NCBI RefSeq assembly: GCF_006345805.1
Contig: NC_043001.1
Coordinates: forward strand, 91,512,001 to 91,576,000
DNA: 64,000 nt
DNA from: Octopus sinensis
Lineage: Eukaryota
Direction: 5' to 3'
Shown here: positions 1 through 12,959 of the stretch, in pieces
How positions within the stretch are numbered: position 1 is the stretch's first letter
How the letters are laid out: the number at the start of each line of letters is the position of its first letter
The notes under the pieces: model-generated
Told to the model about the DNA's origin: nothing
The model's input: only the letters and a program-made list of their open reading frames with translations
Databases searched by the model: none
Position numbers and translations under genes: made by a program

Positions 1-80
1 TCTGCAGGAAAAACACATATAGTTAGGTGGGGTTATCATACTTTATGTCTAAAGTCTTGGTCAGTATGAATAAAATAATG

Positions 81-121
81 TTTCGCTGAGGAGGCCTTAT
101 AAGGTAGAAACACGTCCGGAG
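81..121 (+). ncRNA. Minimal type I hammerhead ribozyme (Penelope pLTR-type), one stem II mismatch
   Basis: Stem I TTTCG(81-85)/CGGAG(117-121); core CTGAGGA(86-92); stem II GCCT/AGGT with G93.A106 mismatch at the closing pair; GAAA(107-110); tiny stem III AC-AC-GT; GUC triplet ending at 116. Confidence 0.6.
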
Positions 122-299
122 CTATCACCCATATTTATCAAAGATATAATTCATTCGACACTGCATGCATTCAACCTTAAATCAATATGAATATCAGTAT
201 TTTTTCTCTTGCTTTTAGCAAAGATAATCATTATTGCTAATAATTTTTCTCTTAATTACGGATGTTACGTTTATTGATTACTACATTTAATATGTTTGC

Positions 300-784
300 C
301 ATTTAACTCAAAGCCCTTCGCTCCCAATGGAGAATAGGCCATCGACAATTTTTCTCCATTCTTCTCATATCTAGATTGCCTCTTTTACTTCTCTTATGGG
401 TTCCAGGTGAGGACCTGACATGTCACTGAGAACAAATCTTCTTCTCCCAGATTTTGCTGATTTTAAATTGTCATCGACGATTGTGTTATTTTCTCTTCTT
501 TCAAAGTAGACATCTTTTCCCTAAGCAAAGTCATTTTACCACCAGGAAGAGTAGGTCCGTATTAGTCTGGTCTCTATCATTTCACCTGTCCAGCGTGAGG
601 GGGCCCTAGAAGAAGCTTGTATTCCACTGGCATATACCTCATGGCCGTTGAAGCAAACAAGTCACTACACCGCAACAAGGATTGGACCTCTTAGTTGAAG
701 TCCGCCCCATTTTCGTATAAATTGTGATCTGGAGCTTTATGTGAACAAAAACTGAGATGCGATAACGGACTGGGGAATCTCACC
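300..784 (-). mobile_element. Internally deleted non-autonomous RTE LINE derivative (5'UTR joined to extreme 3' end)
   Basis: Minus strand reads an RTE-like 5'UTR (ccttgttgcggtgtagtgacttg...tatgccagtgg...gctggacaggtgaaatgatagagaccagac), about 100 nt of spacer, then only the last ~35 codons of an RTE ORF (EEWRKIVDGLFSIGSEGL*). Confidence 0.6.
705..784 (-). ncRNA. Degenerate HDV-like ribozyme fold at the 5' end of the RTE derivative
   Basis: Minus strand: P1 TGAGAT/ATCTCA, P2 CCCCA/TGGGG in nested order, P4-like hairpin, J4/2-like CGAAAA before the P2 3' strand. P3, L3 and P1.1 are not intact. Confidence 0.4.
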
Positions 785-1159
785 TTGAAAAGCAATTAAG
801 AAGTGATGAAACATGCTTCTTTTCAGTGGTTTACTATCGCCTGACATTCTTCTCTTAGAAGACACCTCTTTAAATCACAGTGCCTTCCCTTCCAGTTTAG
901 GAGAAGAGAAATGTAACATTTTCAAAAGGTAGATTTACTGCCAGCAACGACCCCACGGAAATCTCAATAACACATCGTTACAGTTGGACAGCCATGTGAT
1001 AAAGGTAAGAAATTTTCAGAGACTGATATCAAAATGTACCTTAGTAATCCTTTCCAAAAGAAGAACAATTGCTAAAAGTTTCATGGAATGCTCCGATTTA
1101 GCCAAATGTTTTATCACGTTTGATTATTAAATTTTATATTATTTATATATATATCTTTA

Positions 1160-1223
1160 GCTGCAGACGTAACTACATGGTAAAAAGTTTCCTTCCCAAA
1201 CACATGGTTCCAGGTTCAGTCCC
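1160..1223 (+). mobile_element. SINE family A, head fragment
   Basis: Degenerate match to the family A tRNA-like head (catggttccaggttcagtccc). Confidence 0.55.
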
Positions 1224-1452
1224 AGCTGCATGAACTAAAAGTTGGAGGAGGACGAGATGAATTACCTGCATCTGCTTGCTATAAAAACAGGCAGTAATTT
1301 TGGAAGAGATGCCTTGCAGGTCTAACAGTTAGATGGAAGAGCATCGTAGAAAATGAAGGAAAGTATATTTTAGTTTAATAAAGAACGTTATCTTACTTTT
1401 GAAAAATAAAATAAGTATAAAAGACCGCATTATTCATGGGATTACCAAAAAT
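1223..1452 (+). mobile_element. Internally deleted mariner (MITE), same family as 52690-53284
   Basis: 1223-1300 matches the 5' subterminal region of the 53.2 kb mariner (gaactaaaagt...cttgctataaaa.cagg.agtaatttt), fused to a transposase C-terminus (VRWKSIVENEGKYIL) and a TIR-like end (aaagaccgcattattc). Confidence 0.65.
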
Positions 1453-1470
1453 ATATGTGTGTGTGTATAC

Positions 1471-1503
<33 letters not shown>

Positions 1504-1974
1504 ATTATATATATATATATATAGATATATATATATATATATGTATATAAAAAATTCAAGGTGAATACTTGATAACAGTAAGCACCTGTATACGCCAGTT
1601 AGTGGTGTAGGTGATAGAGTATATTTATCAAAAGAAAAACAGGATGCAAAGGATTTAGCGGTACATATGTTTCTGGCTTTATTAGACAGTTTATATCAAT
1701 GCATAATTGATGTAATATGTATGTCAATAGCTTTCTTCAGCTGCGCACAATTACCACACCAAAGACATGTATTACATTATAAGTTTGGGAAGCAAATCCT
1801 TATAGTCGCATACAGCACAGCGAGACACCAAAACAAAAACAAAGCGTCCATACCGTCTTTCACTCGATATATATATGTATATATGTACATATATATATAT
1901 ATATATCTTTGGTCATCCCATAAATAATGTATATATATATATATATAATATATATATATATAATATATATATAT

Positions 1975-2045
1975 ATATAACGGGAAGCTTTATGAAAATA
2001 AACAAAAGACGAAGGCAGGTGGAAGACAAACGAACAATTGATATA
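1975..2045 (-). mobile_element. Fragment of the Penelope pLTR-like family seen at 28040-28250
   Basis: Shared motif aaacaaaagacgaag(a/g)caggtgg abutting (TA)n, as at 28042 and 32575. Confidence 0.5.
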
Positions 2046-2052
2046 TATATCT

Positions 2053-2220
2053 GTGTGTGTGACTTTGTGTTTGCGTTTGTCCTTCACCACTGCCTGAAAC
2101 CGGTATTGGTTTGTTTACGTCCCCGTAACATGGTGGTTCGGCAAGAGACCTCCAGCATAAGTACCAGGTTTTAAAATGTAAGTACTAAAATCGACTCGTT
2201 CGATCAAAACTCTCCAATAT
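2053..2220 (+). mobile_element. SINE family A, degenerate 3' half
   Basis: gtttacgtccccgtaac...ggttcggcaagagacc...ataagtaccagg. Confidence 0.55.
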
Positions 2221-2315
2221 GTCCTACTGAAATCATCTTCGAGTTTTCATCCTTCTGGAGTCAACAAAATAAAGTAAATGATGGTCCAAAAGTCACAAGA
2301 CCATTTTATAATATA

Positions 2316-2534
2316 CTCTTTAACTCTTTTACTTGTTTCAGTCATTTGACTGTGGCCATGCTGGAGTACCGCCTTTAGTCGACCAAATCGACTCAGGACT
2401 TATTCTTTGTAAGCCTACTACTTATTCTATCGGTCTCTTTTGCTGAACCGCTAAGTTACGGGGACGTAAACACAGCGGCTCGGTTGTCAAGCGATGTTGG
2501 GTGAGGAGGGACAAACACAGACACACACACACAC

Positions 2535-2590
<56 letters not shown>

Positions 2591-2751
2591 GATGGGCTTC
2601 TTTCAGTTTCCGTCTACCAAATCCACTCACAAGACTTTGTTGGCCCGAGGCTATAGTAGAAGACACTTGCCCAAGGTGCCACGCAGTGGGACTGAACCCG
2701 GAACAACGTGGTTGGTAAGCAAGCTACTTACCACACAGCCACTACTCCGCC
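2316..2751 (-). mobile_element. SINE family A, full length, inserted just inside the mariner left TIR
   Basis: tRNA-like head, ccttgggcaagtgtcttctactatagcc core, internal (TA)/(CA) tract, gtaaaagag tail. Confidence 0.9.
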
Positions 2752-2833
2752 AATAATAATTCTTTTACAATGAAGTGTTTCAATTTTGTTTTGTTTCGTT
2801 TTAGATTATTGGCATAGTTCTTGGAAAATAATC

Positions 2834-3882
2834 ATGGAGAAATTCCAGATAGGAACGCGTAAAAATAATTGAATTTTATCTACAAAATCAACGATCAGTC
2901 GTGCTAACTCATAGAGCTTACATTTGTCATTGCTTTTGGCGGTGGGTTGCTGGAGAGGGTCAGTAACCACATCTAAACAAGTGGTACTTATTCTGGCGAT
3001 TAAAACAACAGGAAGCTGTGATGGATTTACTATGTGCGGGAAAGCTACGTGCAAGGAGGTGTCAGGACAACATTCGGCGTGAACAGCGGAGCATTGAAGA
3101 AGAGCTTTCAACATCAACCCGAAGGTGGTTCCAGCAGCTGGGAATGTCTCCATCCTCATTACAGAGGATTCGAATGATGTTGAATTTCTTCCCGTATAAT
3201 GTGCGGCTAGTGCAGGAGCTGAAACCAGCAGATTATCGAGAATGATTAGTGTATACTGCTCAGATCTAAGAATTGGCAAGAATGTGATTTCATTCACGAT
3301 CTCATTATGAATGATGAGACTCGCTTTCATTTAAACGGTTTTGTCAATACAAAATATTTGATTTTAAGGGAGAGAAAGCCCAAGAGTTGCACCAGGTGAA
3401 AGTAACAAGTTGGTGGTAGAGCAAGTGTGGAAATAGTTCTTGGTCCTTCTTTGAGGATGAAGCAGAAAACGCACTGATCGTTACTGGAGAAAGTATCGGA
3501 ACATGTTGCTACATTTTGTGCGTCCTGCAGTTGAGAACATATCAGAACGTAGCAGTACGATGGGGATGTCCATCTTAACGATGGAATACTTGAGGCAAGT
3601 TTTTGGAAGAAGGATAATTTCGAGAAAGCCTAAATTCAATTGGTCTTGTTGTTCACCTGATTTAACGGCTCTAGACGTTTTTCTTGCGGGTATATATGAA
3701 TGACAGCGTATAAAGCAGCAAACCTCAGGCCATCCAGCAATTTAAAATCAACACCCGGAAATAAATTGAAGAAATAAGCCAAGACACATTACGAATGGTA
3801 TTGGCTACCTCCTTTAGAAAGAGCTCGCTAGTGTTAAGAACAAAACGGTGGCCATTTGAAGGACGTCAATTTCAAAACTGAT
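2834..3882 (+). pseudogene. Transposase pseudogene of the 2281-3996 element
   Basis: Frameshifted motifs MEKF..KIIEFYLQNQRSV, PYNVRLVQELKPAD, NDETRFHLNGFVNT, and SPDLTALD (third catalytic residue D). Confidence 0.85.
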
Positions 3883-4317
3883 TTTAAAATGTTTCCAAAA
3901 AGTGTATTTATTGTTCATAAGAATAGATGTAAATATTTATTAAATAAAAAGGTTATTATATATTGAAAGGTCTAGTGACTTTTGGGCCACCCGGTACTAG
4001 TGAAGTACGGAGGTTGATGTACTTTACTAAACCACTCCACGAAAAAAAAACTGCTGGTTTTGTGCTTAAACTAAAGCAATTATCATTGATACAGTTGATG
4101 TAGTTGTTGCTATTGCCTTAGTACTAGTTCTTGTTGTTGGTATTCTCGTACCAGTAATGTTAAGGACATGGATGTCATGATGTTAGTTTTGTTAACAATC
4201 ATCGTTAGCAGTAGCAATTCTCATACATTTCTCACACAATGTCTCTCCCTCTGCTTTCTCTGTATATATAATATGTGTATGAGTGTACGAATGTTTATAT
4301 GTGTTCATGTTTGTACG

Positions 4318-4319
<2 letters not shown>

Positions 4320-4402
<83 letters not shown>
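4320..4402. repeat. (TATC)n microsatellite
   Basis: Direct reading. Confidence 0.95.
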
Positions 4403-4899
4403 AGAACACACATACACAAAAACACACACAGAGGTAGATAACGGCCCAGATGAAATTATGTTAAACTAAGAAGTCAGTGATGTAGGAAGGGTATTCCCAA
4501 GGGTGGAAGACGCGGTTAGAGAAAGAAAGGGTCACATGTGATGCTGAGTGCAGAGATGGAAGTCTAATGATATACTGTGTAGGATGTAACTGTTGTTATC
4601 TCTTACTCCCTCCTCTCCTTCCTCCTCCCTCTTCACACTCCTCCCACTCCTCCTCTTCTCTCTCTCCCGTATTTCACCATTTCCCATTGAGTTCAGTTGT
4701 AATCTGTATTTAGCAGAAAACTAAAATAATAAAAATTAATTTCTCACGCGAGACCCCTATTTTCAATGTGATTCTTTTACTTTGTTATGACACACCTCTT
4801 TGAGATATTTCTTCACAATCCTTTAACAAACAACCACGCACACACACATATATATGCATATACATCTACGTATGTATACATATCTGTGCGCGTGTATAT

Positions 4900-4937
<38 letters not shown>

Positions 4938-6262
4938 CTAGCAGTATAGCTCGGCGTTGCCCGGGATTAAGTTATGGTTATTGAGCTAATCAAGCACTTG
5001 GTTTCTAACCAAGCTAAGTAACACCAACGTCAAATTTGAGTGAAATCTGTTGAAATTGGTAAACGTTGGCTGAAAATGGGTTGTAGAAAATGATTGGGAA
5101 ATCCCATAAGGAATCGGTTTATAGATTTTCCACTCATCCATTTTTTTAATGGAGAACTTAAAGCATTCAAAGATCCCATGAATCCTAAGTAACCGCGGCA
5201 TCAAGTTTGAACAAAATACGTCAAAACTGATAAAAGTTATGGTTGGAAATGGGGGCGGGGTAGCCAATTTTTGTGGGAAATCCTATAAGGAATCGGTTTT
5301 ATCGATTTTTCATCCTGATTGAATGGAAAACCCAATAAGGGATCAGATTATGACTTTTCACCCCAAATAGGACTTAACCGAAAACAACATTGCTGATTCA
5401 AACAATCTATACTTTAAAGTTGGTTTTCACACCCAACCTAGTTCTGCAGAATCAGTTTCGTGACGGGAATGCATGGGTTGGGAGTTTGACCGGCAGAGGT
5501 GTTTAGGTTGCATATGCCGGCCCTTTCGAAACCCCCAAAAGAGTTTTGTATCATATTAGGATGCCACAGGAATTTATTCAACAAAAAAATATTCCCAATG
5601 ATTCAAGGATGGGGGGGATCACCCCTCGCCCCACCCCCTTTTGTCCGAACGAAAATAAGGATTTTGCAGCATATTAGGAGGAGAGGGTAATTGATTCCAC
5701 GCAAAAAAATCCTTAGTGAAAATCGTGCGGGTGAAAAGATCAATGAGAGTGGGGGTGAAATTTCCGAGGCTTCCACCTCAACCCACTCCATTTTTCAGAC
5801 CCCCAAAGGGGTTTTGTAGCATATGAGGAGGTCATGGGAATTCATTCAACGAAAAACAAAAAAGAAATTTCCAATGATTCCCAATGATCCCTCGCCCTAC
5901 CCCACTTTTTTAAAAAACCAAAATAAAGGATTTGCAGCATGTTAGGAGGTCAGGGTACTTGATTCTACACAAAAAATCAGAGTTTTTTTTTTCTTAGTGA
6001 AAATCGTGCAGGTGTTAATCTAAAAATTTACCCTTTGTTTCACATTTTCGCCATTGCTAGTCAGGGTCTTAACTCATGTTAGCAAACTTAGGGATTTCAC
6101 CAACGTAGAAATTGGCAAAAGTTATGGTTGAAAATTGATTTTTACTGCTATCTGTGGGTGCCTCAGGAAAAATAAGTTGACAAAAACACAGCCATTGTCG
6201 TGACGAATGACCTCCAAAAATTGGAGCGATATGAATGCTAATTTGTGGACGTGCATAAATTA

Positions 6263-6301
<39 letters not shown>

Positions 6302-6340
6302 ACACACACACACCACACATCCTGCCTTTATAGATATAGA
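4938..6340 (-). mobile_element. Non-autonomous Helitron (~1.4 kb) with internal duplications
   Basis: Minus strand A|TCTATATCTATAAA at 6340; 3' hairpin cccgggcaacgccgag followed by CTAG|T at 4938; imperfect internal duplications near 5095/5275 and 5520/5790. Confidence 0.75.
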
Positions 6341-6627
6341 TGAAAAACTCCAGGTAAATTTTTAGGTAACATTCACGATATTCACTAAGATATTCGCCCA
6401 AAGTAATGTGTGTATGTGAGAAGTGGGGAGAGAAAGATAAACGGTTTAAAATAAATAAATAAGTGATTTAAAATAAACATAATTCAATTGTTGTGTGAGA
6501 AAGTATATATAATCTGATTATGAAATATAGTGTTTTTCAAAAACAACCAAAATTTGAAGATTACATCTCGTGTTTAAGAAAATAAAATACGTTTTTATTT
6601 TTGATGACACTATTACTTACTCTCTCT

Positions 6628-6930
6628 GTGGAGGTGCAATGGTCCAGTGGTTAGGGCGGAGGCATCGCGGTCGGAAGATCACGGTTTCGATTCCCAAACC
6701 GGGCGTTGTGAGTGTTTATTGAGCGAAAACTCCTGAAGCTCCACGAGGCTCCGGCAAGGAGAGGTGGTGATCCCTGCTGTACTCTTTCGCCATAACTTTC
6801 TCTCACTCTTTGGCCTGCTCGCTTAGCTAGCGGGATGGCATCATTTGAAGGCTAAAACAATGTGAAGCGAATTGTGACCAGCGATGTGTAGCAACATCTG
6901 ATAGCCTGGTTGGTCACGGTGATCATTGTG
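6628..6930 (+). mobile_element. SINE family D, tail type 1
   Basis: Head gtggaggtgcaatggtccagtggttaggg with A box and GTTTCGATTCC B box; body gtttattgagcgaaaac..gctccacgaggctccggca. Confidence 0.85.
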
Positions 6931-7199
6931 ATATATATATTAAGCACATAATTAAATGTTAATTTAAAGTTTAATATGTAACTGTAAATACCTTGCAACC
7001 TTGAAACTGTTGTGATAGCTATAAACTGGTGATTCAACGGTAAATGTGTAAAATAAGATTATCTTACTGTTATCACATTACAGTTAAAAGTGAAAGATTA
7101 AAAGTGAAACAATATTATATCACATTACAATATAGATCTTATTTTTTCACTTTTGACACATAATATCGAACCAGTGTAAAAGATTGCTCCGGGCCCGCA

Positions 7200-7277
7200 T
7201 TATGCATACATACATACATGCATACATATATACATACATCCGTATGCATGCATATATATACGTATGCATGTATGTAT

Positions 7278-7359
<82 letters not shown>

Positions 7360-8148
7360 GTATATATTATATATACATACATACATATATACATATATAT
7401 ATATACTTATATTTATAATGTTGTGCCTGGGGAGAGTCTTTCTCTTTTTGTGCCTTATAATTTAACACATCCATCGGTAAAATTTCCATTCATTTACTTT
7501 ATTTTTCTAACATTTTCGTTGCGTCTTGCAACCTTTTCAATAGTCGATGAATCTGTCCGTTATCCGAGCTAGGTTCTTTTTGTTTGTTTTTGCGCATGTG
7601 TATGGGTCAGTGTATGTGAGTGTGTTTGCATACACATGTATGTATGTATGTATGTATGTATGTATGTATGTATGTATGTATGTATGTATGTATGTATGTA
7701 TGTATGTATGTATGTATGTATGTATGCATATATGTATGTGTGTATGCATGCGTGTGTGAGTGTATGCATGTATGTGTGTGTATATGTATATATGTCTTTC
7801 GTTTGTATGTATATATTCTGCCTGCATATTCATGTGTTTGTATATCCACGTTCGTGTGTACCTCTGTCTCTTTGTGTGTGCATGTCTGAGTGTGTCTGTG
7901 TGTGTGCATGGCTTGTTTGCAACTATGTACTCTGTCTGTATGTATGGATGCGTATCTCTTTGTGTGAACGTGTGTTTCCATGTGACCTTGTGTGAAGTGA
8001 AGTGTATGTGTATATATGGTCATATGTTTCAGTCTTCATTTGTGAGTGTGTGTGTACTTATCTGTTCATGTAACCATGTAACCTATGTACCTATCCGTCT
8101 GTATGTTTATCTGTTTACATTCGTATCCATATGCCTACATAGATGTGC

Positions 8149-8217
<69 letters not shown>

Positions 8218-8218
8218 T
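7200..8218. repeat. Compound microsatellite region: (TA)n, (TATG)n, (TG)n
   Basis: Direct reading; source of the many YI/CM/HT ORFs. Confidence 0.9.
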
Positions 8219-9376
8219 CGGGATGGAGTTTGGCATTGAAAAGTCTGCCAAAGCCACTTTTAAGAAAGGGAAATCGGTAAAGTCAAGTTCAATCGAATTA
8301 GATGTCGAAACAGTAATTAAGGAACTTGAGCAGGAACAAACCTATAAATATCTAGGAATAAATGAAGGCTCTGGTATCCAGCATGCAAGCATGAAAGAGA
8401 AGGTTACGAAAGAATGTTATAGAATAGATCGAGCAATCCTGAAGTATGAGCTGAATGCATATAATAAGGTATTAGCCATAAAATCCTTAGCAATCCCAGA
8501 TGTTCTTTATAGTTTCAATGTGCTTAACTGGAATACCAGTGAAATAATGAAAATTGACAGAAAAATCCGCAAGCTACTGACTTGTAATAAGATGCACCTT
8601 CCAAAGCCAGACGTAGATCGTCCTTACCTTCTCAGAGCTCAGGGAGGACGAGGTTTGATCCAGTTTGAACTTACGTACAAAACCACCACAATCGGACTGG
8701 CCAAATACCTTAAAGCAACCAACGATTGGATACTAAAACTTGTTGAAAAACATGAAAGACCTAAAAAACTTTACTCTATTCTTAAAGAGAGCAAATTATT
8801 CGCGACTGATCTCTTAGATACCTACCAGATTGATCAGGCTGAAGGAAATGCGCCAACTGCTGCTGTAAAGAAAATAAATTGATTGCAAAGACAAAATCGC
8901 ATGAAAAATTAGCTAGCAGATGGGAACAGAAACCTCTGCATGGCAAGTATGTGGCCCATAGCAAACAAGGTGATGTCGACCAGAAACACACGCACCAATG
9001 GTTACGAAGCTCAGGCTTAAAAGCGGAGAGTGAAGGTTTCACATTAGCTGCTCAAGACCAATGCTTATTAATCCGGAACTACCAAGCCAATGTGATGAAA
9101 AATGGAGCTGACCCAAAATGCTGATTCTGTAACGATGATATTGAAACTATAGACCACCTAATCTCAGGGTGTAAAGTCTAAGCACCTGTAGAATATGAAG
9201 CAAGACATGACAGAGTAGGCCAGTATTTACACTGGACAATGTGTCGGCATTATAAAATCAAAACCGCTGAAAAATGGTATAAACACCATCCTGAAGCTGT
9301 AACTGAGGGAGAAAATGTGAAATTCTATGGGACTTCCCCGTACATACCTACAAAACTATAAAAGCTAATAAACCGG

Positions 9377-9378
<2 letters not shown>
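8219..9378 (+). mobile_element. R4/Dong-like non-LTR retrotransposon remnant (RT C-terminus, CCHC knuckle, start of restriction-like endonuclease)
   Basis: GMEFGIEKSAK..YKYLG..GGRGL..KPLHGKY..GLKAESEGFTLAAQDQ..C*FC....ETIDHLISGC..RHD..ILWDF..KANKPD; a frameshift near 8880 and stops at 9122 and about 9180. Confidence 0.9.
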
Positions 9379-9962
<584 letters not shown>

Positions 9963-10009
9963 TATATAGATATATATATGTATGTATATATAATATCTAT
10001 ATATATATA

Positions 10010-10054
<45 letters not shown>

Positions 10055-10072
10055 CATATACATATATGTATT

Positions 10073-10307
10073 TACTCTTTTACTCTTTTACTTGTTTCAG
10101 TCATTTGACTGTGGCCATGCTGGAGCACCGCCTTAGTCGACCAAATCGACCCCAGGACTTATTCTTTGTAAGCCTAGTACTTATTCTATCGGTCTCTTTG
10201 CCGAACCGCTAGGTTACGGGGACGTAAACACACCAGCATCGGTTGTCAAGCGATGTTGTTGGGACAACACAGACACGCAAGAATACACACACCACACACA
10301 CACACAC

Positions 10308-10369
<62 letters not shown>

Positions 10370-10586
10370 TACATACATACATACATACATACATACATAC
10401 ACATATATATATATACATATATACGACGGGCTTCTTTCAGTTTCCGTTTACCAAATCCACTCACAAGGCTTTGGTCGGCCCGAGGCTATAGTAGAAAACA
10501 CTTGCCAAGGTGCAACGCAGTGGGGCTGAACCCAGAACCATGTGGTTGATAAGCAAGCTACTTAACGCACAGCCACTACTGCGCCT
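10073..10586 (-). mobile_element. SINE family A, full length
   Basis: Reverse complement of the family A sequence; tail-to-tail with the 9461 copy. Confidence 0.9.
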
Positions 10587-10611
10587 ATTATATATTATAT
10601 ATATATATATA

Positions 10612-10990
10612 CTAGCAGTATCGCCCGGCGTTGCTCAGGTTGTAAGGAAATAACTATAAAGCATTTTTAGAGAGTTATAGCCAAAAAATAGCAAAAAAAT
10701 GGAAAAAAAATGATGGTAAATTTTTTTTTGAGAGTTAAAAAAGGTGGAGTTGCGTCCCCAGACGGTCTGTGGTTTGGGTTTCTGATTCTCGACCCCATGT
10801 CGAATTTATCGATTTTTTCAGAACTGGGGGAACTTTTCAAAATTTTCGGCTGCGTTAGTTTTGAATTATGACATTGGGCTATGTGTGTGTCAAGTTTCAT
10901 CAGAATCGGTTGAAAGCCGTGGTCAGAGTGAGGGTACGAGAAAACAGACACACAGAAAACGCACAGACAAACAGCCGTTTATATATATAT
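10612..10990 (-). mobile_element. Non-autonomous Helitron
   Basis: CTAG at 10612 next to the hairpin cgcccggcgttgctc; 3' ~130 bp shared with the 30723 and 52036 copies, different 5' portion. Confidence 0.75.
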
Positions 10991-11364
10991 ATATATATAT
11001 ATAATATTATATATATATATATTATATATATTATATAACTTTATATATATATAACCACACGCACACACACACATATACACACACAAACTCTTGCACATAC
11101 ACACATTTATATATGTGCGTTTTTCTATGTATGTATCAAGCTATTTTTTTTTTCATCACGCCCCCACCATCTGAAAGCTAGCATATTGCCATATTACATT
11201 CCTCGATTTTAAATAACTTTTATAGTGATATTCTGGTGTGCGCTTGCTTCGATTATTACCTAGTGGTGGTGAAATTTTTAGCTGAAAAAAATGTTCGTGC
11301 TCTTCTGATTTCGTTTGTAACTGCTATATATAAGTATATATATATATATCTATATATATATAAT

Positions 11365-11407
<43 letters not shown>

Positions 11408-11445
11408 TATATATAGATATACATACATACATACATATATATATA

Positions 11446-11525
<80 letters not shown>

Positions 11526-11879
11526 TGTATGCGCACATACGTTCCATAGTCTGGTGTCTGAATTGGAGAAATCGACTGAATACCTTAAAAATACATCTTT
11601 TGTGTTTGGCCATTCAGGCAAAATTCTCTTTTCTTTCTGATTCATGTAGGCATGATTCGATTCAATGTCGATTCGCGCATACAGAACGCGTTACCATAGT
11701 AATAAATACAGCAAAACGCTACAATTTGAAATTGATATTCAAATACAATTGACTCTCCTACAAGTTTTTAAATGTTAAATGTGTCAAGTGGTTGGCTGCT
11801 TGTCCAAATAATTCCTTTGAAGCTAAATAATAATGGTTAATTCATGGAATTTTCTGCGAATCACTCTATTACACTTTCA

Positions 11880-12041
11880 TTTTCTCTCTCTTTCTCTCTC
11901 TCTCACCGATTCTTGTCTATTTCTCGTCCCCTTGCTCCTTCTTATTCTCTCTGTCTCAAGTACTTTCTATCTGTCTGTCTGTCTGTCTGGTTGGCTGGCT
12001 GGCTGGCTCGCTGCCTGGCTTCATCTTTCTCTTTTTTTCAT

Positions 12042-12077
<36 letters not shown>

Positions 12078-12162
12078 ATCTGCCTGTCTGTCTGTATGCA
12101 TGTCTGTCTGTTTGTCTGTCTTCATCTCTCCCTTTCTTTCTCTCTCTCTCTCTCTCTCTCCC

Positions 12163-12225
<63 letters not shown>

Positions 12226-12374
12226 CTATCTATCTATCTCCCTATCTATTTATCTGCATGTCTGTCTATGTGTATGTATGTTTGCTTGTCTGACTGTCTA
12301 TTTGCCTATCTTCATCTTTCCCTCTCTCTCTTTCACGCACTATCTATTTATTTATCCCCCTATCTATCTATCTA

Positions 12375-12422
<48 letters not shown>

Positions 12423-12462
12423 ATCTATCTATCTAGCTATCTATCTATTTGTCTATCATCTG

Positions 12463-12502
<40 letters not shown>

Positions 12503-12650
12503 ACAAAGAATAATGGCGGGTTAATGGTAGGTTTCATATAAAAAGTTTTTAATGAGTTTCTGTCTGTCTGTCTGTCTCTCTCACTCTTTTACTCTCTCTC
12601 CTCTTTCACACTCTCTCCCTTCTCTCTCACTCTCTCTTCTCCTCTCTCTC
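11880..12650. repeat. Pyrimidine-rich (CT)n/(TCTG)n/(TATC)n compound array
   Basis: Direct reading. Confidence 0.9.
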
Positions 12651-12691
12651 TTTCGCTGAGATACTTACGGATTCATCTTTCCAGTTATACC

Positions 12692-12923
12692 TATTTCTTT
12701 ATTACCCACAAGGGACTAAACATAGAGGGGACAAACAAGGACAAACATAGGTATTAAGTCGATTACATCGATCCCAGTGCGTAACTGGTACTTAATTTAT
12801 CGACCACCGAAAGGATGAAAGGCAAAGTCATCTTCGGCAGAATTTGAACTCAGAACGTAACGGCAGACGAAATACCGCCAAGCATTTCGCCCGGCGTGCT
12901 AACGTTTCTGCCAACTCGCCGCC
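12692..12923 (-). mobile_element. SINE family B monomer with 14-bp TSD
   Basis: Head ggcggcgagttggcagaaacgttagc; TSD tttccagttatacc at 12678-12691 and 12924-12937. The gcctttcatcctttcggggtcgataaa core resembles the Meta-SINE domain from memory (unverified). Confidence 0.9.
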
Positions 12924-12959
12924 TTTCCAGTTATACCGTGAATGAGATAACTGAGGACC

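Larger units (their letters stand above)
2281..3996 (+). mobile_element. Tc1/mariner DNA transposon (DDxD, maT/DD37D-like), decayed, with TIRs
   Basis: Left TIR atggtccaaaagtcacaagacc (2281) mirrors right TIR ggtctagtgacttttgggccacccgg-TA (3969-3996); internal transposase remnant. Confidence 0.85.

Noticed and set aside
6628-6700. tRNA-like sequences (here and at the heads of families A, B, D, E and 15700-15768) as tRNA genes
   Set aside because: A and B boxes are present but acceptor stems do not close, and each continues into a multi-copy SINE body.
11690-11703. RFX X-box-like near-palindrome GTTACCATAGTAAT
   Set aside because: A single imperfect motif with no adjacent gene evidence.
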